64,000 bases of DNA from positions 68,619 to 132,618 of IMG/VR virus record IMGVR_UViG_3300025405_000011. One strand, written 5' to 3'. This document shows positions 48,104-56,012 of the stretch, one piece after another. The notes under the pieces are model-generated. The model was not told the origin of the DNA, made no database searches, and worked only from the letters and a program-made list of their open reading frames with translations. A program made the position numbers and the translations under genes. Numbering within the stretch: position 1 is the stretch's first letter; each line of letters begins with the position of its first letter. This stretch comes from a virus.

Positions 48104-48960
48104 TAGTTCTCCAAAAACTTTAAGACTACATCAATAGGGAGACCCTTACCGGCAGTTGCACGGTTAGTGCCATCAGTTAGTTCATTAGGGCCACGATCTG
48201 CATCTGTTTGCATTATAGGCTTTCTAGGGATATTATTACTATTGGGCTTAATATCAAAAAGCTTTTGTTCAGCACTAACTTGAGCTGGTTGGTGGTAATA
48301 CTTGGCCTGGTCATATCCATGGAAATAGTCATCACTCAATAGAGCTAGATCTTCATCTAGTGTCTTACCGTCAATTCCATCCATATAACCCTTGTAGTAG
48401 AGTTCACTGTCACTAGAGGTTTTTTGAAATAGATCTATATAGTCACTGGTACTGGCCAATACAGTATCTGGCTTTTTAGGGGCTTCTTTGATAATGTCTT
48501 CTTGGTTCACTTCGGGTTCCTCTGCTAGGTCTCTGGCCACTAGTGTAAAGTGGTCGATGTTCTTTTTAGGTATGTATTGTCCATCTTCTTCAGTATAGTC
48601 TGTAAAACCTTCGGCATCCGGACAGTCCGGAAAACCACAATGGGCTGTGTGTATATGTCTACTGGCCGTTTCTATCATTGTAGATAGACTGCCAATGTTA
48701 GGACTACTTAGTCCATCATTTCTTGTCTTTTTAGGTTCTCCTATAAGATCAATAGTGTCTACTCCAGTAGGTGCTGTAACTTCTGTAGCATTTTCATCTT
48801 GGTTAAAACGATCTGCAACTACTAGTGAACCAGTAATTACTGTACCCGGTAACCTAAAACCTTCTTCGTCTTCTATCGCTTGACCGTCTTCTTTTGAAAG
48901 AGTGTCATTATTAGTAGTAGGCATATTAGCCTGTCTATAACGCTCTTCAAATTTATTCAT
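48103..48960 (-). CDS. Hypothetical acidic head-region protein
   Basis: 285 aa, starts MNKFEERYRQA. Confidence 0.65.
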   Translation of the reverse strand: MNKFEERYRQANMPTTNNDTLSKEDGQAIEDEEGFRLPGTVITGSLVVADRFNQDENATEVTAPTGVDTIDLIGEPKKTRNDGLSSPNIGSLSTMIETASRHIHTAHCGFPDCPDAEGFTDYTEEDGQYIPKKNIDHFTLVARDLAEEPEVNQEDIIKEAPKKPDTVLASTSDYIDLFQKTSSDSELYYKGYMDGIDGKTLDEDLALLSDDYFHGYDQAKYYHQPAQVSAEQKLFDIKPNSNNIPRKPIMQTDADRGPNELTDGTNRATAGKGLPIDVVLKFLEN

Positions 48961-49009
48961 CTATTGTCCTAGTTCTTAATTATAGTATAAACTATACCCG
49001 TGATTACAT

Positions 49010-49933
49010 TTATCTAAAGTCGTCTTCAACAGACTCATCAGAATATGTAGGGTCACCGAACTCATCTTCATTCGACTTACCGGCATCATCGTCATCACCA
49101 TCATGTTCATGAGCTGTTACCCAAGTGCTAATTTTACTAGCAGCTAGACCTAGTGGAGCTTCCGGCTTATTGCTTTCTCCTGGCATAGCAAACTGACCGT
49201 GATTGGTTTTTGCAGCCCAGTCATCGTGTTCACTATTGTGCTTTAGAATTTCTGGTAGAGTTTCTCCTGTACCCATAAATCCTTTATTGCAACCTTGACC
49301 TGGAGCACAGATTGACATACCGTGAAAAGTACCGGCTGCACTAGGATCTCCACAAGAACCACAGTTGTCACTATTTTGTGTAGAATTAGAGCAACAGCCT
49401 TCTCCAGGAGTACAGTGAGGCATATTATTAAACATACTGTGAGCTTTTTGCCCACAACCACAAATCATACTCTCTAGTTTTTCTACTAGTTGCATTAGTG
49501 GGTTGGCTCTCTTAGAGGCCAGTGCTGGCTCTTTTAGAGGAGCCCATTCTGGTGGTACAGTGTCTGGGACTACTGGACCTTTAGGAACTACATAGGGAGT
49601 CTGTGTAGTTCCTGCATTACCCGATGGTCCTTGCTGTACAGAAATTGGTATAACTGTACTCGGGACTCGAAATTTAGCATTTTCTGTTTGAGGTGGCATA
49701 GGCTTTGTAGCTACAGGTTCAGTTGACTTAGGCTTTGAAATGTTCTCTTTACCGTCATCAGCTCCAAGGTTGCCTTTGCCTTTATTGTATAGAGGGACAT
49801 GTTGAGCACCCGTTAGGTTGGTCCACTGCTCCAACATATTATTAGTGTGATTGGTAACATCAAGTCCAAGTAGTGCTGTTTTGGCCTCTAGATGTTCTTG
49901 TAATACTTCTTCTGTTCTCTTGGGTATAGTCAT
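49010..49933 (-). CDS. Hypothetical protein with two Cys modules
   Basis: CGCG...HCTPGEGC and CGSCG...ICAPGQGC. Confidence 0.6.
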   Translation of the reverse strand: MTIPKRTEEVLQEHLEAKTALLGLDVTNHTNNMLEQWTNLTGAQHVPLYNKGKGNLGADDGKENISKPKSTEPVATKPMPPQTENAKFRVPSTVIPISVQQGPSGNAGTTQTPYVVPKGPVVPDTVPPEWAPLKEPALASKRANPLMQLVEKLESMICGCGQKAHSMFNNMPHCTPGEGCCSNSTQNSDNCGSCGDPSAAGTFHGMSICAPGQGCNKGFMGTGETLPEILKHNSEHDDWAAKTNHGQFAMPGESNKPEAPLGLAASKISTWVTAHEHDGDDDDAGKSNEDEFGDPTYSDESVEDDFR

Positions 49934-50709
49934 TATAATTGCTCTATATCTGCTAGTAGTTCAGCCAAACGAAGTTGTCCGTATTGACCTTTGGTTACGA
50001 TTTCTGGAGCTATAATAGCCCAACTCTCTTGCATATAGCTTAGGAGCCAGTTCCATTCAATGGCTTGTACTTTGCCCCAGGTAATACCATATACATAATC
50101 TTTATCATATCCAACAAGTATAATACAGTGTCCACCAAGAATATTATCATCGGCTGGAGTATTGGTCAATGCCCAAGGTTTATGTTCAGCAAATTGTCTT
50201 TCACATGGTGCGGGTACTTCTATACCGATATACACTAGACCATAGGCTGCAATAATACTTTTTAGTTCATCATGATCTGCTGGGTCAGTGGGTGCATATG
50301 CAGCAACTTTACCGCTAAAGATTTCATTTTGTTGCCAAAATTTAAGTAGGTTGGCCTCTACTGCCCCTACATCTTGTCCATTAGTAAAAGACAAGTAGGC
50401 TTTAACCACTTGATCGGTAGTGGGACCTGGTTCAGTGAGCCCTAGAACTTGTGCAATAGCCATTTCAGCATGAGCTATACCGGCAAAAGTACAGTCTCCG
50501 TATTTGTCATTACCCAGCATACCCCAGTCAGCAACTGCTGGAACAGCTACACTGTCTGGAGCTTTGGGTAGAGGGTTGTGCTGATAGAATGACAGCATAT
50601 GTAGTCCTTGAGGACGTTGGGCCGGTAGACGGCCTAGTAAACCAACTTTACGATCGGTCATATTATTTTCCCACATTCTTTCTCGAATATATTTTTCATT
50701 CCACTGCAT
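49933..50709 (-). CDS. Papain-like (C1-type) cysteine peptidase
   Basis: WGMLGND.YGDCTFAG, GGHCIILVGYD, ITWG. Start at 50709 (MQWNEKY) or 50661 (MTDRK). Confidence 0.75.
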   Translation of the reverse strand: MQWNEKYIRERMWENNMTDRKVGLLGRLPAQRPQGLHMLSFYQHNPLPKAPDSVAVPAVADWGMLGNDKYGDCTFAGIAHAEMAIAQVLGLTEPGPTTDQVVKAYLSFTNGQDVGAVEANLLKFWQQNEIFSGKVAAYAPTDPADHDELKSIIAAYGLVYIGIEVPAPCERQFAEHKPWALTNTPADDNILGGHCIILVGYDKDYVYGITWGKVQAIEWNWLLSYMQESWAIIAPEIVTKGQYGQLRLAELLADIEQL

Positions 50710-50710
50710 A

Positions 50711-51130
50711 CTAGAATAAGCTAGGTCCCGAAGTTCCAGGCATCCACCCGTTATTCTCTTCTCCACCAACATAGCCGGGAGAATATTTCATTCGTTCATT
50801 ATTGATACGTCTTTTTTGTGCCGGAAACTGTGCGGGAGTTTCTGATTCTTTGGGTAGTTCAGTGGCTGCAGAAGCTTCATGGGCCTCTCTTAGTTCTCCC
50901 CACCAGTTGGCTATTGCATGATCTAAGCCATGTCCACCATTTCGTGCATTATCACGAATTCTATTTTGATTGTCTTGGGAGATTTCGGCTTTGGAAGAGT
51001 GCCCATCGGCTCTGTGATATTGATCAAGAGCAGTCAGGTGTTGAGGAGTTATAGATCTCTGAGTAATTTTATCAACCAAGGTACTGATACTATCACCCTT
51101 GGCCATAGAGTAGCGTTCATTCCAGTTCAT
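50711..51130 (-). CDS. Hypothetical protein
   Basis: 139 aa, starts MNWNERYSMA. Confidence 0.6.
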   Translation of the reverse strand: MNWNERYSMAKGDSISTLVDKITQRSITPQHLTALDQYHRADGHSSKAEISQDNQNRIRDNARNGGHGLDHAIANWWGELREAHEASAATELPKESETPAQFPAQKRRINNERMKYSPGYVGGEENNGWMPGTSGPSLF

Positions 51131-51162
51131 ATCTCTATGATGGGCTATACCCGAAAATACAT

Positions 51163-51807
51163 TTATGCTGGGATGTAGTAATCGTCTACACTAGAGACAG
51201 ATTCAAAGATTCGCTTGTAACCTTTACGTGTCATTAGATCAAATAGTCTAGTTCGATTTTCTTGATGATGATTGTGCTCTACTGTAACTAATCCAAAAGT
51301 TCTACTAAAATCATAGGCATTGAGTATTTCGAACTCACTACCTTCAGTGTCCACAGACATATAGTCAATGTGTTTTGGGGCTTCATATTCATCGAGTAAA
51401 TCACCGAGACTCACGGTTGGGACATAGTAACTACGGATTCCGGTATCCCATGGAAAGAACTCCTTAATCCCGGAATGACCACTTGTAGAACTCTCTTGGA
51501 ACTCTATCGTACTATTGCTCTCGGTATAGACACATCTACTATCAGTGTAACAAGTTCTATTGTCACGTAATGCCGGTAAATAACTACTCTGAGGTTCAGC
51601 CAGTATACCGGTCCAGTTGTATTCTCGTTCCAAAAGTAGAGTGTTGGAGTTTTCTATTCCATCACTGGCTCCAAACTCTACAAAATAACCGTCGGTTTTA
51701 AATTCAGTGAGGTACAGAGCCAATATATCTTGTCCAAATTGTGAATGGCGCTCTCTGTGGTTTTTATAGAATTCAAATTCTGCCTGTAATAGACTAGTCT
51801 TCGTCAT
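51163..51807 (-). CDS. FkbM-family SAM-dependent methyltransferase
   Basis: SQFGQD, GYFVEFGASDG...SNT..LE...WTGILAEP, IDYMSVDTEGSE, VEHN. Confidence 0.88.
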   Translation of the reverse strand: MTKTSLLQAEFEFYKNHRERHSQFGQDILALYLTEFKTDGYFVEFGASDGIENSNTLLLEREYNWTGILAEPQSSYLPALRDNRTCYTDSRCVYTESNSTIEFQESSTSGHSGIKEFFPWDTGIRSYYVPTVSLGDLLDEYEAPKHIDYMSVDTEGSEFEILNAYDFSRTFGLVTVEHNHHQENRTRLFDLMTRKGYKRIFESVSSVDDYYIPA

Positions 51808-52225
51808 CGTCCATGTCTTCGATTAGACTGTCCAAGTCTACTAAACCTACAACTGGGTAGAGAGTTTCATCGTCTTCTTCTTCGTAACCGATGTCAATCT
51901 GTAGTCCAAAATATTCTGCAAGTATATTGGCAAAATCAAAGACATCGATGTCCTGCTCAAAACGTATGTGATACCCGTCGGAAGTGCCACCATCGGTTAA
52001 TATGATTTTATAGGTTTTAGGAGTTTTTTTACCTAAAAACAATGATTTATTACTAAAATTCTTGGAAAACTCCTGAAAATTAAACTTTTTTGCCTGATTT
52101 TCATTATTTTTAGGTAATTTTTCACGAATTTCTTCGATTTCTTCCTTATAGGATGCCTTTATATTTGGGTCATTTTTAAGGGATTTTTTACAGGTACAAT
52201 CGTTACAATTACAATCTTCAGGCAT
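51794..52225 (-). CDS. Hypothetical protein overlapping the phased A-tract array
   Basis: 143 aa with AGGAG RBS; K/N/F-rich middle segment. Confidence 0.55.
   Translation of the reverse strand: MPEDCNCNDCTCKKSLKNDPNIKASYKEEIEEIREKLPKNNENQAKKFNFQEFSKNFSNKSLFLGKKTPKTYKIILTDGGTSDGYHIRFEQDIDVFDFANILAEYFGLQIDIGYEEEDDETLYPVVGLVDLDSLIEDMDDDED
52005..52140. other. Phased A/T-tract array (intrinsically bent DNA)
   Basis: 14 A/T tracts spaced about 10 bp apart. Confidence 0.7.
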
Positions 52226-52258
52226 CTACTTATCTCCTGTTAGAGTTTCTTAAGTTTT

Positions 52259-52289
52259 ATTATATATGTAGCCCGTGATAAAAAATCAA
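52259..52289 (-). promoter_or_regulatory. Sigma70/SigA-like promoter candidate
   Basis: TTGATT-17-TATATA (or -19-TATAAT) upstream of the 52225 start. Confidence 0.45.
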
Positions 52290-52299
52290 CCCGTTATTT

Positions 52300-53574
52300 T
52301 TATCTGGGGCCACCGTCACTAATTTTGGGAGTAGGAGTAACTTCGTCATTGGTCTCATAGTCTTTGAAGCCTTTAGGCGGAACCATAGTTGGAGTAGGCT
52401 TGCCCTTAGCAACTTCATCACGTACAGTTTCGGCCAGACGCTTGCCACCTAGTTGGTGACTTGTATACTTCTCGTGTGGGTGATCTCCAAAGTATTTGGG
52501 TCCGATCTCTCGAAGTATAGGGTCACTGCTATTGTGCATTTCAGCGTGAGCACTACGATCTGTTACTGTTCGTAGTCCCTCTTGACCTTCTCTTAATGCA
52601 CAGTGTTGACATTGACAGAAATGAGGGTCAAAAGTGTCTAGTTCACTGGCTACATCACGGTCATGATAGTGCCAGGGTCTAAACTGACTTCTAATGCCTT
52701 TGATTACAGTTTTAAGGTTGGTGTCCAATCTCCAGGGTTTATTGTCATCTAGTCCTTGCCAGCTCTCTACTCGAGAGACACTACGACCGGTAGCGGGATC
52801 TGTTTGCATACTGCGATTGGCTATTCCGTGTACTTTGGCATGTACCGCTTCTCGAGCCTGGGAGAGACGTGAGTGTATATTGCCCACTCCACGAGTCAAG
52901 GCTGTTTGATGAGCTAGAGTTCTAAGAGCCACTGCTTTACCGAGCTGTGACATAGGATTACTTCCCTTTACTCCACGAGCGGTTTCTGTCGGATTACCGA
53001 GTTCGGTTCCGCCTTCTGGTTTGGAAAAAGGATTACTGAGTAGTTCGTGTAGACTAAAGTGATTGCGTCCACTGTACATACCGGGAGCTTCAAATCCACG
53101 AGTGCCACCGGGGGCTTGAAAACGAATGGAAGCATACTCGCTCAATCTCTTGCCAATGAGTCGTGGGTCGCATGTACGTCTAGTACCCGGCATCCATTCT
53201 CCGGTTTTGGGATGCTGTCTAAGTCCCAGTTTGCTTATGGCCTCTTCACTGGGCTCTTGTCCGGCTTCTGCAGCACTCTGTAGATAGTGTCTTCCAGCAC
53301 GACGCACTTGCCAAGCGTTAAAGTTTTCCGGACGATCTCGCAATAGACGAAAGTCACTGTTGCCTTGTTGAGTATTGCCGCCTGCAACATTGGGACTCTC
53401 AATGCTCTTGCCCGTAGTCCAACGAGGAGCCTTGCGAACGCCCGTAGAGGCATCGTCAGTTTGTACACTCGGGGTCGATGTGGGTTCGGGCGCGGACTGT
53501 ACCTCTTGCATCATCTGGCTCAGTGGCTTACCGCCGGGTCCTATGATCTCGCCGGCTATTCGACTATTAAACAT
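52300..53574 (-). CDS. Hypothetical protein, first gene of the minus-strand block
   Basis: True start MFNSRIAG at 53574 with GGAG RBS. Contains HFCQCQHC. Confidence 0.65.
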   Translation of the reverse strand: MFNSRIAGEIIGPGGKPLSQMMQEVQSAPEPTSTPSVQTDDASTGVRKAPRWTTGKSIESPNVAGGNTQQGNSDFRLLRDRPENFNAWQVRRAGRHYLQSAAEAGQEPSEEAISKLGLRQHPKTGEWMPGTRRTCDPRLIGKRLSEYASIRFQAPGGTRGFEAPGMYSGRNHFSLHELLSNPFSKPEGGTELGNPTETARGVKGSNPMSQLGKAVALRTLAHQTALTRGVGNIHSRLSQAREAVHAKVHGIANRSMQTDPATGRSVSRVESWQGLDDNKPWRLDTNLKTVIKGIRSQFRPWHYHDRDVASELDTFDPHFCQCQHCALREGQEGLRTVTDRSAHAEMHNSSDPILREIGPKYFGDHPHEKYTSHQLGGKRLAETVRDEVAKGKPTPTMVPPKGFKDYETNDEVTPTPKISDGGPR

Positions 53575-54037
53575 ACTGTCTCCGTTCTTGTTGTTCCGGT
53601 GCTGCATTAAAAAGGGGCCCCGCGCGTAGTTTCGGCATTTTTATTTTGCTTAGCTCGAGTCTTCCCCGAAAATCGGGAAAACAGACGTGACCATGTACGG
53701 GGTCTGTAGGCCGCCTACTGCCGGCGGCGTGCGCTGTAAATACACACGTACAAGTCCCGTACATACTCGTGTAGTCTAGGGCCGAGAGTACATTAGAGAC
53801 ACCCCACGCAGGATTCCGAGATCCCGCTCGCACGTTTTTTTGAGACCCCGTGTCGTCCCTCTCGTGCCCACTGTATAGGTACTACAAGTACCCGCCGCCC
53901 ACATGAGACATGTAGAACCCGTTGTCCACGGAATTGGTGCTCCCGCTCGTGGTTTTAGAAAGCTTACATTGGCAGATACAACTGTCGATTGGAGAGGTTA
54001 TGAACTTCTCTCAGACATCCCATGAAAGGGGATAACA
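53575..54037. other. Divergent GC-rich non-coding region (strand switch)
   Basis: No credible ORF; genes diverge on both sides; CpG-rich compared with the flanks. Confidence 0.6.
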
Positions 54038-54412
54038 ATGAAGCGAGACATCAATACATCAGTGCAGTTGCGTGCTGGATCTTGTGGTATGGAGGTAGCA
54101 GAGCAACTAACTAAGGTTGATGCAGTACCATGTGTGGGCCTTGGTGCCTACTGGCTGGACTCCAGGACTCAGTTCCAGGACCACGAGGTAGTCATTAGGG
54201 ACATTGTAAGGTCACCCAAAGGCAAAGTCAACAACTATCTGTTGAGTTTCCGTGCAGTTGACCCCTACACCGCACAACCCGTTGGTGGCTGGATTGAGGC
54301 CAAGAGCAAGTACACTTGGAACCAACTCAACGGTCACTTTTACACCATGGCCTCGTTTGTGGCCTTGGTTGAACGCATCAATGAACGGACAGTTGAAAAC
54401 TTGATAAAGTGA
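54038..54412 (+). CDS. Hypothetical early protein
   Basis: RBS AAAGGGG, 124 aa. Confidence 0.7.
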   Translation: MKRDINTSVQLRAGSCGMEVAEQLTKVDAVPCVGLGAYWLDSRTQFQDHEVVIRDIVRSPKGKVNNYLLSFRAVDPYTAQPVGGWIEAKSKYTWNQLNGHFYTMASFVALVERINERTVENLIK

Positions 54413-54431
54413 TCAACTAGGCAATTGGTCG

Positions 54432-54461
54432 GGGTGGTGGTTGTTCGCGCAACCATCATCC
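54432..54461 (+). repeat. 12-bp intergenic hairpin, copy 1
   Basis: GGGTGGTGGTTG-TTCGCG-CAACCATCATCC, then ACTATG. Confidence 0.75.
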
Positions 54462-54534
54462 ACTATGTTCTGGTACAAAGCCAGGCAGAAGGTAGCCCAT
54501 GCCTCCCATGGGCACAACAACAAGGGAGATAACC

Positions 54535-55086
54535 GTGTCAATTGCTATTGATGGCGTTATTTACAAGGCAGCTGGAAGCCAGACGATTGCTCGTCAGGCC
54601 AACCAGAAGGGCATCAACTTGACCGCTGAGTTGGAGACAGCCACAGTCAGTAACCTGGTAACAGGTGAACTGTACTATTGGTTTGACTACAGCACACAGC
54701 GTGAGTTGAAGGCGCTTCAGTCAGACGAGACATACACTGATGGTGGTGTCTCTGTCCCTGAAGTATTCCAGTTGGCAGGCCAGCCGGCTGCACGCAAGAA
54801 GAGCATCATTGTGCCTCTTAACTTTGCACGTGTCAATGTTGCAGATGGATCACTAACATGGTTCACCAATGACGATGGCACACTCAAGGTGTACGAGCGC
54901 ACAGTGAAGCTCATTGCTGACCGTGCACGTGATTACTTCCGGAGCATTGCTGTTCTGCAGCGTGTGCTTGACACGGAAGTGGTGGACTCTGACAGTGGTT
55001 TGTCAGGTACATATGTCATGTTCGACACTGCCATGGGTACAGTGGGATCAATCACTGACGCTGAAGCAGAAGTCAGCACAAAGTAG
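54535..55086 (+). CDS. Hypothetical early protein
   Basis: GTG start at 54535 after AACAAGGGAG, 183 aa. Confidence 0.75.
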   Translation: MSIAIDGVIYKAAGSQTIARQANQKGINLTAELETATVSNLVTGELYYWFDYSTQRELKALQSDETYTDGGVSVPEVFQLAGQPAARKKSIIVPLNFARVNVADGSLTWFTNDDGTLKVYERTVKLIADRARDYFRSIAVLQRVLDTEVVDSDSGLSGTYVMFDTAMGTVGSITDAEAEVSTK

Positions 55087-55092
55087 TACAAA

Positions 55093-55123
55093 GCCATGGG
55101 ACGTTGTCATGACGTCTCATGGC
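55093..55123 (+). repeat. 12-bp intergenic hairpin, copy 2
   Basis: GCCATGGGACGT-TGTCATG-ACGTCTCATGGC, then CCTG. Confidence 0.7.
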
Positions 55124-55451
55124 CCTGGGACAGTGTGTGTGTTGCGGTGTGTTCGACACGCGGGCACATGTGTCATATTGTATGGAGACAATGGTAAGCA
55201 TTGCACTATACAAGCGTACATGTATTCATATGGACACTGTACAAACAGCAACCGTACACTGTACAGACAACAACCGTACAGACACACGTGTATCCATGGT
55301 ACAATATTCCAATGTGGCCATGTGTATGCGACACCATGATCAGTGGGTTCACTTCACCCTTTCGTGAGCTCATTCATCCGTTTCGCATACACATGAGCAT
55401 GCTGGGAAGCATCTGTTTGCAGTACAATCAAACAATAACAAGGGAGCAAAT

Positions 55452-55835
55452 ATGATACAAACATTGGTCAAGAGCCATTGTCAACATTGGACATGTGGTG
55501 GGCTAGAAGATGGGAATCCATTCCATTCACTCACTGCAGAACGTCATGTACATTTGTATCTCAATGCTGAGGTAGATGCCATGTTTGGTCTCTACACAGT
55601 GGAGAGTGGTACATTTGGCAATGAGTCTCAACCATGGAACATAAGCAATGGGATATTTGTGCCCTCCATAGTTCAGGCCCAGAACTTGTTCTTTTCAGCG
55701 GTCAAGATGTTGAGTGACAGCCGCAAGAGCAGTGTCAATGTCCATAACTTGGAGTGGTGCAAGACCCAAGAATATTTACAGTTGCTGAATGCAACCATTG
55801 ATTTACAGATGGCCATTCAAGCGTACAGACTGTAG
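55452..55835 (+). CDS. Hypothetical early protein
   Basis: AACAAGGGAG RBS, 127 aa. Confidence 0.7.
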   Translation: MIQTLVKSHCQHWTCGGLEDGNPFHSLTAERHVHLYLNAEVDAMFGLYTVESGTFGNESQPWNISNGIFVPSIVQAQNLFFSAVKMLSDSRKSSVNVHNLEWCKTQEYLQLLNATIDLQMAIQAYRL

Positions 55836-55841
55836 GTCAAT

Positions 55842-56012
55842 ATGTTTACATGGATCAATAAAAAGATAACATTGCGCCGCATTAGTATGGTGGATGAAAT
55901 CGAAGAACAAATCATTCTCAACTTGGGACGCAATGTTAAGATTGCTGAGCTCAAGCGTATAAATGATGCCTTTGAGCTGATCAGACAGGAACTATTGTTC
56001 TCGATCAGTTGA
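55842..56012 (+). CDS. Small hypothetical protein (56 aa)
   Basis: MFTWINKKITLRR...; follows the previous stop by 6 nt. Confidence 0.5.
   Translation: MFTWINKKITLRRISMVDEIEEQIILNLGRNVKIAELKRINDAFELIRQELLFSIS

Noticed and set aside
1-53574. Stop-codon recoding suggested by abundant TAG/CTAG
   Set aside because: Genes are long and tightly packed in the standard code, TAG is used as a normal stop, and no suppressor tRNA is present.
1208-53629. Many plus-strand ORFs of 60-156 aa opposite the structural genes, and alternate-frame ORFs such as 12856-13599
   Set aside because: They are shadows of repetitive S/T/G/C-rich genes, with no RBS and no recognisable motifs.
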